Of a DNA stretch of 64,000 bases, positions 28,629 to 38,224 are shown in pieces. Below the pieces are notes generated by a model. The model was not told where the DNA came from. It made no database searches and saw only the letters and a list, made by a program, of their open reading frames with translations. A program made the translations under genes and the position numbers. Origin of the DNA: Clostridia bacterium (GTDB taxonomy: Bacteria > Bacillota > Clostridia > Oscillospirales > CAG-382); contig JAFRPL010000037.1 of NCBI GenBank assembly GCA_017429165.1, positions 3,009-67,008 on the forward strand. Direction: 5' to 3'. The first letter of the stretch is position 1. Each line of letters opens with the position of its first letter.

Positions 28629-29470
28629 ACCGGCAGACGCGTGCAGAACGTTTCGAGAGGAGCACGCGTTTCGAGAGCTATGTGATTTTTCTTTATGTCA
28701 GTATATTCTATTTTGCGTTCGCGGGTGAGGAAGCGCGCTTCTTTATCGCGGTTGATCTCGTAATTGATCGCCCCTTTGTACCCCGCTTCGTCGAGCAGAT
28801 CCATAAGCTCGACCCAGTTTATATCGCCTTCTCCGGGCATCCAGTGGCGCTCGTCGATAAAATCGTAATCAGAAAAATGGGTGTTGACGATATATTTGCC
28901 CACGGCGTGAACGAATTCGCGGTGAGTCTCTTTCAGCAAATGGTTGACGTCGAACGTGACGCGCAGGCGGCTGTCGACCGATATGAGGTCGAGAAGCTCT
29001 TTTGAACAGTTGCCCAAGCAAGTGCGCGGAAGGTCTTCGACCGCAAGCACCGAACCGAACTCATCCGCGTATTCCGCAAGTTCTTTGAGCGAACGCTTGG
29101 CAGCGTTGATCCTTGCGGGACGGTCTGCGTCGGCTATGGGTTCGCCGCTTGGATGGATGACGAATATACGGACTCCGGCGGCGGACACCTTTTTTATAAA
29201 CGTTTTCTGGTATTCCACTGCGTAGATACGCTTCTCTTCGTCGGTATTGGAAATATCGATATTAAAGAACGGATAGAAGCGCAGATGGAAGCTGCGCACC
29301 TTTACGCCCGCCTTGGAAGCGAGCCGCACTACCTCGTCGATATCGAGAGTGTCGTACATATAGTCGAGCATAGATATCTCGACGCAGTCTATGCCGGAGC
29401 TGCGCAGCAACGCGTAATCTTCGGCTTTGAGCGTATTATTTACCGAAACGCTCGTGAGTCTTTCTGCCAT
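28625..29470 (-). CDS. Sugar phosphate isomerase/epimerase (xylose isomerase-like TIM barrel)
   Basis: Start moved to ATG 29470 (MAERLTSVSV). Pattern of IHP / LAVEDL / DVNH / H.SDY metal-ligand-like blocks. The stop overlaps the next start (ATGA). Confidence 0.6.
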   Translation of the reverse strand: MAERLTSVSVNNTLKAEDYALLRSSGIDCVEISMLDYMYDTLDIDEVVRLASKAGVKVRSFHLRFYPFFNIDISNTDEEKRIYAVEYQKTFIKKVSAAGVRIFVIHPSGEPIADADRPARINAAKRSLKELAEYADEFGSVLAVEDLPRTCLGNCSKELLDLISVDSRLRVTFDVNHLLKETHREFVHAVGKYIVNTHFSDYDFIDERHWMPGEGDINWVELMDLLDEAGYKGAINYEINRDKEARFLTRERKIEYTDIKKNHIALETRAPLETFCTRLPV

Positions 29471-29487
29471 TTTTTTCACCCCGGTCC

Positions 29488-29516
29488 ATTGTACCACAAA
29501 CTATTGCATTTATCAA
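29488..29516 (-). promoter_or_regulatory. Candidate sigma-A promoter for the 29470-24248 operon
   Basis: Minus strand reads TTGATA (29516-29511), 17 nt, TGg-extended TACAAT (29493-29488). The predicted leader is very short. Confidence 0.4.
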
Positions 29517-29536
29517 CACAATAAAGCAAAAATAAA

Positions 29537-29572
29537 CAAAAAAAGTACCCCGCGAATTGCGAGGTACTTTTT
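29537..29572 (-). terminator. Rho-independent terminator after solute-binding protein gene 1
   Basis: The minus strand reads AGTACCTCGC-aattc-GCGGGGTACT (one mismatch) followed by TTTTTTTGTTTATTTTT. Confidence 0.8.
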
Positions 29573-29583
29573 GAAAAGAAACG

Positions 29584-31173
29584 TTATTGATCAAGATCCA
29601 TGAAGTTCTGGATCGTCTGTTCCATAGCGGCATTGAAAGCGCCTTCTTTGCCCTGGAGGAACGATTCGACGTTATCGCTGCCGGAACTGCGAAGCTGGTT
29701 GTAATACTGTATGCAGTCCGCCCAGTTGAATATAACGGAGATATCGACGAGACGGTTTCTGAAGACGATGTCAAGGATCTCGGAAGAGTCGTCGTCGTCC
29801 TGGAAACGTTTGAGTTTAAGGGTCCTGTCGTAGTATTCTCTGGTAACGTCCCTGTTGCCGAGATAAGCCATGGCTTCGAGCGTGAAGGTGATCTCGGGCA
29901 GTTCGTCTTCGGTCACCCACGCGGGGATGCACAGAATGCCGAAGTGATAGGGGTTGACGGTGGAGGAATAGTTTTCCTGTGCGTCGTTATACTTGGGCAT
30001 GGGAAGTATGCCGTAGTGGATCTCGGCGTTGCGGAGCGCGTCGCCGCTTATGTTCTGAATGGAACCGGTCATGAAGAGCGCTTTGCCGTTGTAGAACTGC
30101 TGAGTGACGACTTTGCCTTCGGCGTCGTCCCAGCGGAAGTAGTCTTCCACGAACAGGGTGCGGTCTTTGTCGCCGACCATTTCGTACACTTTGAAGAAAG
30201 CGTTCTTGTTGGCTTCGTCACGCATAGCGAAAACGGGAAGGTCTTCGCTGTCTTTTTTGACCTGCGCAAGTCCGGAACCCATAACGAGCATATAAGTATC
30301 GAACGAAACGCCTACCAGGCCCCAGGTGTCGGCGCCGTCGTAGTCCATTCTGCCGTTATCGCCGTCGACAGCGGCTTCTTTCATCATTTCGTACATTTTG
30401 TCGATAGTCCATTCGCCGTCGCGGACGAGCTGGTACGGATGCTTTTCGAAAGCTGCGCTCTGGCCGAGATGGTTTTCGACGATGTCTTTGTTGAAGAACA
30501 TACATTTAGTCTGTTCGTCGTCGGTGAGGAGGAGGTCGCCGTTGATCATAAACAGATGGCCGCCTATGGACATCTGTCCCTGAGTTACGGGATCCCACCA
30601 TTCTTCATCGAGGGCGAGATAAGATTTGTCGCCCATTCCGTAGAAGTCGAGCGTGTAGCCTTCGATAGTAAGGGGAGCAAGGAAGTTGGAACCGCCGCAG
30701 AACGCCTGATAGTCCACGTCGGGATCCAAGAAGTCGTTCTTCACTCTGGTGACGAACGCGTCGTAGCCTTCGCAGGCTTCGACCTCGATAGTGACGCCGT
30801 ATTCATCAAATATCTTGTTGTTGCGGTTCTGTATCGCGGTCTTGACGGGGTCGTCTTCGATCTCTTCGTTGCCCTCGGGTCTGTAATAACCGCAGATCTG
30901 TTCGACCTGATACAGCTGATGGTTATCCATGGCGAGGATCTTGAACACTTTGCCGTCGAGGTTGAGTCCGGTGCCGTCGAGATGCGGGACGAGCGCCTGT
31001 GATTCCTCGGAGCTGATCACCTCCGAATTATCGGCAGAGTTATCGCTCTGACCGGAAATATCGGCAGATGCGGATTCTTTGGACGTATCGCCATTATTGC
31101 CGCCGCACGAAACGACGACGAGCGAAACGGCCATGATCAGCGCAAGCAGGATGCAAATGGTTCTAAGTTTCAT
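29584..31173 (-). CDS. Extracellular solute-binding lipoprotein, large (about 500 aa) family-1 type, paralogue 1
   Basis: Lipobox LVVVSCGG and a Ser/Asp-rich linker. HYGILPMPKY and a C-terminal DISVIFNW...Y block are shared with the three other paralogues in the window. Confidence 0.65.
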   Translation of the reverse strand: MKLRTICILLALIMAVSLVVVSCGGNNGDTSKESASADISGQSDNSADNSEVISSEESQALVPHLDGTGLNLDGKVFKILAMDNHQLYQVEQICGYYRPEGNEEIEDDPVKTAIQNRNNKIFDEYGVTIEVEACEGYDAFVTRVKNDFLDPDVDYQAFCGGSNFLAPLTIEGYTLDFYGMGDKSYLALDEEWWDPVTQGQMSIGGHLFMINGDLLLTDDEQTKCMFFNKDIVENHLGQSAAFEKHPYQLVRDGEWTIDKMYEMMKEAAVDGDNGRMDYDGADTWGLVGVSFDTYMLVMGSGLAQVKKDSEDLPVFAMRDEANKNAFFKVYEMVGDKDRTLFVEDYFRWDDAEGKVVTQQFYNGKALFMTGSIQNISGDALRNAEIHYGILPMPKYNDAQENYSSTVNPYHFGILCIPAWVTEDELPEITFTLEAMAYLGNRDVTREYYDRTLKLKRFQDDDDSSEILDIVFRNRLVDISVIFNWADCIQYYNQLRSSGSDNVESFLQGKEGAFNAAMEQTIQNFMDLDQ

Positions 31174-31249
31174 TACAAAACTCCTTTCAATTATTTATAT
31201 CGAGCCCGCGCTTGAGCGCAAGGCAAAATATAAGCGTGTTTATATGAAG

Positions 31250-32470
31250 TCAGTACCAGCCGAAAGCGCAGCTGAGAAGCGTCTTTGCGTCCGAAGTACG
31301 TGTGGAGGTGTTGCTGCAGTTCATTATGATAATGACTATATCGTTATTCTCAGCGTGGGCGCTCAGCGAGATGCAGTAGCCCGCCTCGTTGGTGCAGCCG
31401 GTCTTGAGCCCGTTGACGTAAGAATAATCGAGCATATTGTTGGTGTTGTCCCATTCGAGCTTGTAACCGTCTTTGGCGTGCTTTTTGGCGCAGACTTTTT
31501 TGACCAGAGGATAGTTCTTTACGACCTCGGCGGAAATAAGCGCAAAATCGCCGGCGGTGGAATAATGGGCGTCGTCGTGATAGCCGTCCGGGCAGGTGAT
31601 GTGCGTGTGCTTGCAGCCGATAGACTGCACGAACCTGTTAGCTTCTTCACAGAATGCGTTCAGGCACGCCTGGAGCGGCGCTTTGCTGTTGCCGAGTATC
31701 TTTCGGCCCACGTTGACGCCGAGCACATACGCGGCGTCGTTGCCGGAAGGAAGCAGCATCGCGTCCATGACAGTTTCGAGCGGTAGCTTTTCGCCGTTGT
31801 AGAGGTACGCAAGACTTGAATGCGCTTTGACGAGCTCGATCTCTTTGCCCACCACTATATCTTCGCTTTTATCGAGATATTTTTCGGCGAGCATGGCGGT
31901 GATGAGCTTGGTCATAGACGCGGGATAAGCTTTATCAGTAGCGTTTTTGGTATATATGAACTCACCTTTGGTGACGTTGTATATGGCAACGAAACCCGCG
32001 GTGGTGTTATCTGCTGCGTTTTTAGGGAACGTTTTGCCGTTGGCGGAAACGCCGCTGGTCTTGATATTGTACGGATCGAAATCCGGTACGGAGGGTTCTT
32101 CGCTCGCTTCGGTGCTTTCTTCTTTGCTTTCTTCCCTGCTTTCCTCGGCGCTTATTTGCGAGCTTTCTTCGGAAACGGGCTCGGATAAGGGTTCGGATAC
32201 TTGTGATTCGACAGGTTCCTGCGATATATCGCTGATCTCTCCGGCGCCGGATTCGTCCTGCGAAACGTCGGAAATATCGGAGCCGCTTTCCTGCTCCGGC
32301 ACAGATCCTTCTTTACTCACCGCCGATACGTCCGGTTCGGACATAGATTCGATATGTCTGCCGGAAGTAAAGCCTGCGATAACGACGAGCACGAGCAGAA
32401 CGACCGCGAGGATCGCCATTACTATTATGTAAAACAGTTTTCTTTTGTCGAATTCTTTGTTGTTCATCAA
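31250..32470 (-). CDS. D-alanyl-D-alanine carboxypeptidase (peptidase S11, PBP5-like), N-terminally membrane anchored
   Basis: SxxK (PASMTKLIT), SxN (LPSGND) and KTG (GLKTGCT) motifs, N-terminal TM segment, acidic Ser/Glu-rich linker. Confidence 0.85.
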   Translation of the reverse strand: MMNNKEFDKRKLFYIIVMAILAVVLLVLVVIAGFTSGRHIESMSEPDVSAVSKEGSVPEQESGSDISDVSQDESGAGEISDISQEPVESQVSEPLSEPVSEESSQISAEESREESKEESTEASEEPSVPDFDPYNIKTSGVSANGKTFPKNAADNTTAGFVAIYNVTKGEFIYTKNATDKAYPASMTKLITAMLAEKYLDKSEDIVVGKEIELVKAHSSLAYLYNGEKLPLETVMDAMLLPSGNDAAYVLGVNVGRKILGNSKAPLQACLNAFCEEANRFVQSIGCKHTHITCPDGYHDDAHYSTAGDFALISAEVVKNYPLVKKVCAKKHAKDGYKLEWDNTNNMLDYSYVNGLKTGCTNEAGYCISLSAHAENNDIVIIIMNCSNTSTRTSDAKTLLSCAFGWY

Positions 32471-32490
32471 ACCTGGTTATCCTTAAAATT

Positions 32491-33174
32491 TCAGTCGGAA
32501 GAAGTCTTTTTTCCTTCGAGAAAAGCGATTGAATCGATGAGGACGGCGCCGTTTTCGATACGGGTGGTGATAACGAGCGGACGCACGCTGTCGGAAGCGA
32601 CGTCGCCGCGGTAAGTGCCGTTGTTGTTCATTATCTTATAGCGCAGAATGAACTGAGATTCGCGTTCTCCGTCTTCGGTCGCCTTGCGGTTCACTACCTC
32701 GACGGAAATATCGTAAAGCTTTTGAGGAGTAAAAATTTCGGGGATGGTGTAATTGTCGAAGAAACCGCGGGTAAAAAACGACGGATAAGATACATAGTCG
32801 CCTTTGATGAGGCAGACGGCAAAATCACGGAAAAACGCCTGCTCTTCGCCTACGGAAAGGTAATACTCTCTGTCCGCAATGCCATGCCAGCACCGTTCCG
32901 CGGGACAGTTAAGCCCCAACAGTTCGGAGTCGCCGTATTCGGACCATGTGATGTTGCGCTCTTTTGCAACGTAAAACGGATCGTTGAAAATATCGGCGTC
33001 GTAATCGGCGGAAGAAAAGCGTATCGACTCGTCGACGACACGGGTGGGCTTCTTTTTGCGGAAAAGCCTGTTTACGCCGTACAGCACGATATAGAGCGCG
33101 AGCAGCGCGCACAGAACGATACAAACGAGCTTGACTATTCGTTTTAGCAGAAGTTTGCGTTTTTCGTCGTTCAT
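32491..33174 (-). CDS. Hypothetical membrane-anchored protein
   Basis: 227 aa with one N-terminal TM segment (LVCIVLCALLALYIVLYGV). No motif recognised. Confidence 0.55.
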   Translation of the reverse strand: MNDEKRKLLLKRIVKLVCIVLCALLALYIVLYGVNRLFRKKKPTRVVDESIRFSSADYDADIFNDPFYVAKERNITWSEYGDSELLGLNCPAERCWHGIADREYYLSVGEEQAFFRDFAVCLIKGDYVSYPSFFTRGFFDNYTIPEIFTPQKLYDISVEVVNRKATEDGERESQFILRYKIMNNNGTYRGDVASDSVRPLVITTRIENGAVLIDSIAFLEGKKTSSD

Positions 33175-33190
33175 AATTCAAAAGCGGTAT

Positions 33191-33219
33191 CTGACTGCCC
33201 GCAAAACGCGGGCAGTCAG
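33191..33219 (-). terminator. Strong intra-cluster hairpin (attenuator/terminator)
   Basis: Perfect 12-bp stem CTGACTGCCCGC / GCGGGCAGTCAG with a 5-nt loop. The downstream T-tract is weak (ataccgcTTTTg). Confidence 0.5.
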
Positions 33220-33234
33220 ACGGTACAGTACAAT

Positions 33235-34104
33235 TCAGCCGACGATCTTTTTCAAATTCTTAAGGCCGACGGAAATGCCTGTGATGGGATCTTCCATGCC
33301 TTCGAATTCGATCATAAGATAGCCGTCATAGCCGGCTCTGCGCAGCGCGTTGACGCACTGCTTTACGGGGACGTCGCCGTGCCCGATTATGGAGCCGCGC
33401 AGGTAGTTGCCGCCGCGCGACATAAAGAAGCCGTCGCCGGGGTTTTCGCCGTTGCCGGATTTGATATGGAAATCCTTGGCGTGTGCGTGGAAAGCGTAAG
33501 GAGCCATAATGCCTACGGAACGGGGATTATACTCGTCCGCGCAGGAGAAATTGCCGATATCCACGAGGGCGCCGAAATTATCGTCGTCGACCGCGTTGAT
33601 GAGCTTTTCGACCCTTTCGGCGTCCTGTGCGAAGAATCCGTGATTTTCCACACAGGTCTTTATGCCTTTGGTCTTGGCGTATTCGGTGACCGCCTTATAG
33701 CCCTTTACGAGCCGGGGGAGCGCGTTTTCGAACGCTCTGCCGTGCTTTATATTTTGCGGGAAGCCGCCGCTGGCGTCGTGTCGCATGAATTTGCATCCGT
33801 ATGCCGCGGCGACGTCAACGAGCAGTTTGACACGCGCGATCTCGGCTTCGAGATCGCCGCCTGAGCCGTTGAGGAAATCGCTGCCGACGCAGAAACAGCA
33901 CGCTTCTATGCCGACCTTGCGGCAATATTCGCCGATATCCGCGGCATACGCCACGTATTCTTCCTGAGTGGCGAAACGGGGACCTTCGACTATGTCGACG
34001 CCTTCGGCGCCGAGCTCTTTGACTTTGTCGATGCAGCCCTTGATCCCGAGTTTATCGGGGTTGGCGTAAGCGTGAAAGCTGTATAAGCTTATACCTAATT
34101 TCAT
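33235..34104 (-). CDS. Sugar phosphate isomerase/epimerase (xylose isomerase-like TIM barrel)
   Basis: 289 aa. Blocks VENH, DIGNF, HAKD and MIEFEG are typical of AP-endonuclease-2/xylose-isomerase-like TIM proteins. Confidence 0.7.
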   Translation of the reverse strand: MKLGISLYSFHAYANPDKLGIKGCIDKVKELGAEGVDIVEGPRFATQEEYVAYAADIGEYCRKVGIEACCFCVGSDFLNGSGGDLEAEIARVKLLVDVAAAYGCKFMRHDASGGFPQNIKHGRAFENALPRLVKGYKAVTEYAKTKGIKTCVENHGFFAQDAERVEKLINAVDDDNFGALVDIGNFSCADEYNPRSVGIMAPYAFHAHAKDFHIKSGNGENPGDGFFMSRGGNYLRGSIIGHGDVPVKQCVNALRRAGYDGYLMIEFEGMEDPITGISVGLKNLKKIVG

Positions 34105-34120
34105 TTTTATTTCCTTTTGA

Positions 34121-35884
34121 TCACTGAAGGATAACGGTAGGCATCTTGACCCAGTCGTTTCTGCCTATGATACCGCCGCCGTCGAGATATCTGACGTTCT
34201 TCCACTTGTCTGCCTTGGCGTCTTCTTCGGGCGAGTAGTTGATAGAGAACGAAACGGATATTTCTTTTTCGGGCTCGATATTGTCTATATTAACCTCAGT
34301 CCAGGGAATGGACACTTCGTAAACGGTGGTGTTGTCGTCGTCGGTAAGGACCTTGGCTTCGCCGGTGAAGGTCTTGTCGACGCCCATCCATACGACGCTG
34401 ATGGTATCGCCGTCGTTGTTTACGCAGAAGCCGTACTGACGGATGACGCCGTCGTTGACGGAAGTGGAGTCGGCAACGTAGTCATAGTGCTGGCTGACGT
34501 ATTCCGAAAGCGGGGACTGGTTCATAACGTTGACCTGGATGCAGCAGTATTTATACATATACGCCGCGTCTTCCTTCGTAACGGTGCAGTAGTTGGGTTT
34601 GTCGGAATCGACGACTACGCAGAAATAAAGGTTGTCGTCGTCGTAGGTCATATAAATATCGGCGGTGACGCCGTATTCGAGACCTTCGAACTGTGAGTAG
34701 TCCCACATAATGTTGTTTTCGTCCGCATTGTCGACGAGGTAGCTGTTCCATTCGCCGCCGCCGACTACGCCGTCGATGGTGGGAGCGGTGTCGCAGCGGT
34801 AAATTTCGTAAGTAGCGTCTTCATCGGGAACGACACGAAGACCGTGAGCGAAGAATCTGGAGTTATCTTTTACGTTGCCGAAATGGTTCGCGGCGACTTC
34901 GTTGTATTTGGAAACGATGAGCACGAAACCGTATTCGGGGATCGCGACGTCGGCTTTGCCTTCGCCGTCCGGATCGATGAGCTGTTTCTTTTCGAAATAA
35001 TACTTGGCGTGATCGTATTCGACCTGGCATACGTAATATTCGGACCAGTCGTAATCGCCGTTGTCGCCGAGGGTGTCGCCCCAGCCTTCTTTGGTGTAAA
35101 GAATGACGGAGCCGTATTCGGGCGCGGAGTTGACGCCGGTAAGTATGACGGAGGTGTTCTGGTTAGCGTTGGTGCCGATGCCGATGGCGCTGGTCTGGAA
35201 CGAGACGAACTTGTTGATGTTGGCGGCAAGTTCTCTGACGTATTCGAGTTTGTCAACGCCTTCTTCGTATTCTTTAAGAAGCTGGATATCTTTTTCTTCA
35301 AGGCCTACGATGGCGATGAGGTCGCCGGGCTGGAGAGCAGCGGCGGCGAGTTTGCCGGGAACGTTCTGGTAGGTTTCGATATCGTCCATATTGCTGGAGC
35401 TGGAATGTACCGCGAGAAGGATCTGATCCTCTTCGAAGGTGCCGTCCCATTCGCTGCCTGCGCCGGCGGCTACGCTGACGACTTCATAGAGGCAGTCGGC
35501 GGTCTTGTGCAGCAGGACGTTGATGGAATATTTGCAGTTGCCGCTCTTTGCGAAGGAATCGGTGGTGAAGACAACGACGTCTTCGCCGGCGATTTTGCCG
35601 TCAACGCTTACGCTGGAAGCGGTCTTGGTGAAATCGAAGTATTCCTTCGGTTCGGGTTCGCTGGGTTCTTCGCTCGATTCTTCAACGGAAGCGGGCTCGG
35701 GTTCGGAACTCTCTTCAACGGAAGCGGGTTCGGGTTCGGAGCTTTCTTCCACGGAAGCGGGTTCGGGTTCGGAACTGGCTTCAGCGGACTGATCGGGTTT
35801 GGACTGTTCGGCTTCGTTTCCGCCGCAAGCCGCGAGTGCAAACACGAGCACTAATGCGAGTAAAAGCGAGATGAGTTTTTTCAT
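34121..35884 (-). CDS. Surface lipoprotein with tandem SSEPEPASVEE linker repeats, two internal similar domains and a CBM9/DOMON-like C-terminal carbohydrate-binding domain
   Basis: Lipobox FALAACGG. Three exact 11-aa repeats. The C-terminal APTIDGVVGGGEW...YMTYDDDNLYFCVVV resembles the CBM9-like sugar-binding fold. ATGA overlap with the upstream gene. Confidence 0.6.
   Translation of the reverse strand: MKKLISLLLALVLVFALAACGGNEAEQSKPDQSAEASSEPEPASVEESSEPEPASVEESSEPEPASVEESSEEPSEPEPKEYFDFTKTASSVSVDGKIAGEDVVVFTTDSFAKSGNCKYSINVLLHKTADCLYEVVSVAAGAGSEWDGTFEEDQILLAVHSSSSNMDDIETYQNVPGKLAAAALQPGDLIAIVGLEEKDIQLLKEYEEGVDKLEYVRELAANINKFVSFQTSAIGIGTNANQNTSVILTGVNSAPEYGSVILYTKEGWGDTLGDNGDYDWSEYYVCQVEYDHAKYYFEKKQLIDPDGEGKADVAIPEYGFVLIVSKYNEVAANHFGNVKDNSRFFAHGLRVVPDEDATYEIYRCDTAPTIDGVVGGGEWNSYLVDNADENNIMWDYSQFEGLEYGVTADIYMTYDDDNLYFCVVVDSDKPNYCTVTKEDAAYMYKYCCIQVNVMNQSPLSEYVSQHYDYVADSTSVNDGVIRQYGFCVNNDGDTISVVWMGVDKTFTGEAKVLTDDDNTTVYEVSIPWTEVNIDNIEPEKEISVSFSINYSPEEDAKADKWKNVRYLDGGGIIGRNDWVKMPTVILQ
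35681..35779 (-). repeat. 3 x 33-bp in-frame tandem repeat (encodes SSEPEPASVEE x3)
   Basis: Units 35681-35713, 35714-35746 and 35747-35779 differ at only a few positions. A partial fourth unit follows. Confidence 0.9.
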
Positions 35885-38220
35885 TCTTTCTTTTCTCCTT
35901 TTTTGAATTTTGTTTTTATTATAATCGCCGCCGCAGCTATTACGGCTGCCGCCGCTGCGGCAACGGCAATGTATAATACGGTGTTATTCCCTTTTCCGGA
36001 CCCTTCGGGCGCGGAAAGTTCGGGATCGGACTCGGAAGGGTTTTTTTCATCTTCTATAAGATACAACGATTTTGTTACCGTGTCAAGACGTATTTTGTTA
36101 CCGGGTACGGCAATTTTTGTAAAATCTTTTGCCTTGTCGCCGCAGTACGAAAGCACGTACCCACCCTGCGGGACTACTGCACCGCCGGCGGAAGTAATTT
36201 CGGTGATGACGCCGTTTTCGTCGATAACGAGTTCGCAGAGCCCGGCAAGCGAAGGATCGGCGGACGTCGCCTCGCCGGCTTTGTCGTATAAGACCGCCTT
36301 GTTTTCTTTAAGGCGCGAATTTATGCCGTCAAAACGGACGACGTCGGGCGAAACGAGTATATTCACGGTGTAGATCTCGCTGACGTTTATCGCGTCGGTA
36401 AGCGAGAACGCGAACGAATCTTCCCCGGAATAGCCCGCTTCGGGCGTGTAGACGAAGAATCCGTCGCGGTCGAGCGAAAGCGTGCCGTGAGAAGGTTCGG
36501 TGCGTGACGCGAGCTTTATCTTGGCCTTTACGGTATCGGGATCCGAAAAGTTCAGGTTCCCGGTGTTATCCTTGGAGTCGGTCTTTATAAGTATGACCTC
36601 GGGCACCTGCGCAACGGGCGCGTACTGTTCGTACGTCGCGTTGATATATCTGTGGAGCAGGTCGTACTTGGAGCGATCGGTCTTGTAAAACTTGTAGAAC
36701 ACGCCGGGAAGCGCTTCCTGGTAATACATAGATATGCCGTCTTTCATACAACCGGCCTTTGCGGCGGAATTAATATAATCCGCGAAACGTTCCGTGGCGG
36801 CCGAAGCGACCTCGAGTTCCAGCGCCATGCCGTATTTTTTCGCCACGGCCATCGTGTCGTCGGTCATGCCGGCTATCTGAGCGCCCGTCTCGGAATCCTC
36901 GGCGCGCGGGAACGCCCAGCCGGACTGGAGCGCGGCGCAATCGAAACCGAGTTCGCGCCAGTAGTTGAAGCCCGGCGAGCAGTAATAAGGGATCCACACG
37001 CTGGCCACGCCTTTTGAATGGACGTATTCGTTATATTCTTTTACGAATTCGAATTCGTAAGAAGATTCGGAAAAGTCTATAAGCTCGGTGAACCAGTAGA
37101 AGCCCACGAAATTAAGATGCTTGAAATTGCACGCGTTGAATTTTTCGAGCACGAGATCGACGTACCATTTCGCTATATAAAGGCGGCTTTCCTTGCTGTT
37201 GGAACGCAGATTGCCCTTGCCTTCGAAATAGCCGAAAATATCATCGGAAACGTGCATCTGCGGTATGCTGAGGAACACGTTGTACGTGGGCGGCTCGGTA
37301 CCGAGCGCGGCGCCGACGGTCTCGGCGGCGTTTTCAAGCGCGGCGAGGTTGCGCGGCGTGTCGCCGAAGCCGAGCGTGGCGTCAAGATATTCCTCCCAGC
37401 CTTCCTTGTCGGTCTGACCCGGCTTTGCGCTGTAGCGCAGCGGCAGGAACAGGAAAGAATCGAACATATCGGCCGAAACAACGTTGCCTTTATTATCGAG
37501 ATATGCGGCGTAAGGCAAAAGCGCTTCTTCGGTGTTGGTATCTTCGGAATTGTTATACATGAGCACCACGTGGCGCGTGCCCTGAAGTATGGGCGTATCG
37601 GGCGAGGTGAAAGCGTTCGTATAAGACTTTTCGTCGCGTATGAAAGGGGCCGCGCCGCCGCCGCTACGAGTGCCGTATATCTCGATCTCATCGCAGTAGC
37701 AGAACACGTCGCACGAAAAAGTCAGGCGGGCATAACGGGCTTTATAATGGTCGGTCGAGGTCACAGATATGCGGTAACGCTTCTTGACGTTCAGCGAAGG
37801 CTGGGAGTCATCGCGCGAAGAATGCACGAAATACCAGTTTTCGCCGTCTTCCGAAACCGAAAGATATACTTCGCGAGGGATAAGTATTCCGTAAGCGTTG
37901 CCGAAAAAACCTACGTCGAAGCCGCTGACGTAAACTTCGGAATCGAATGCGAATTTGACCGTGGCGTAGGTGCCGCGGTAGAAATGAGCGTAAGCGGAAT
38001 CCGAATATGTATCGGATGCTTTTTTGCCGTCGGTGAGCGCATAGCCGGGATCGCTGAACACCAAATTGGGATAAGCTTTGTCGATAGGAGATTCGTACGT
38101 GACGGTATATTTCATACCGGCGACGAGGTTTTCATCGTCCGCGGCGCGGGCGGCGGTCGGCGTGAACAGCTGCATCATAATAAAAGCGATTATGAACGTT
38201 ACGGTGATTCTTTTTTTCAT
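35881..38220 (-). CDS. Secreted, C-terminally membrane-anchored protein: discoidin-like N-domain + DUF4855-like putative glycan-processing domain + Ig/cadherin-like domain
   Basis: Signal peptide ending TAARA-AD. C-terminal TM (VLYIAVAAAAAAVIAAAAIII) plus a KKGEKKE tail. FLFLP, FYWFTE and VWIPYY blocks are reminiscent of DUF4855. HGTLSLDRDGFFVYTPEAGYSGEDSFAF is a cadherin-like/Ig repeat. Confidence 0.5.
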   Translation of the reverse strand: MKKRITVTFIIAFIMMQLFTPTAARAADDENLVAGMKYTVTYESPIDKAYPNLVFSDPGYALTDGKKASDTYSDSAYAHFYRGTYATVKFAFDSEVYVSGFDVGFFGNAYGILIPREVYLSVSEDGENWYFVHSSRDDSQPSLNVKKRYRISVTSTDHYKARYARLTFSCDVFCYCDEIEIYGTRSGGGAAPFIRDEKSYTNAFTSPDTPILQGTRHVVLMYNNSEDTNTEEALLPYAAYLDNKGNVVSADMFDSFLFLPLRYSAKPGQTDKEGWEEYLDATLGFGDTPRNLAALENAAETVGAALGTEPPTYNVFLSIPQMHVSDDIFGYFEGKGNLRSNSKESRLYIAKWYVDLVLEKFNACNFKHLNFVGFYWFTELIDFSESSYEFEFVKEYNEYVHSKGVASVWIPYYCSPGFNYWRELGFDCAALQSGWAFPRAEDSETGAQIAGMTDDTMAVAKKYGMALELEVASAATERFADYINSAAKAGCMKDGISMYYQEALPGVFYKFYKTDRSKYDLLHRYINATYEQYAPVAQVPEVILIKTDSKDNTGNLNFSDPDTVKAKIKLASRTEPSHGTLSLDRDGFFVYTPEAGYSGEDSFAFSLTDAINVSEIYTVNILVSPDVVRFDGINSRLKENKAVLYDKAGEATSADPSLAGLCELVIDENGVITEITSAGGAVVPQGGYVLSYCGDKAKDFTKIAVPGNKIRLDTVTKSLYLIEDEKNPSESDPELSAPEGSGKGNNTVLYIAVAAAAAAVIAAAAIIIKTKFKKGEKKE

Positions 38221-38224
38221 AGTT

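Noticed and set aside
29587-31002. 471-aa plus-strand ORF, and similar long ORFs at 34844-35854, 37018-38241, 38636-39619, 60638-61564 and 16345-17427
   Set aside because: All lie exactly opposite strongly supported genes (the SBPs, the lipoprotein, the DUF4855-like gene, alaS). They have V/G/F/A/E-biased composition and no motifs or RBS, so they are shadow ORFs.
35681-35779. Tandem 33-bp repeats (also 54857-54955) considered as a CRISPR-like or minisatellite array
   Set aside because: The repeats are contiguous with no spacers, in frame and inside coding sequences. They encode peptide repeats and are not a CRISPR array.
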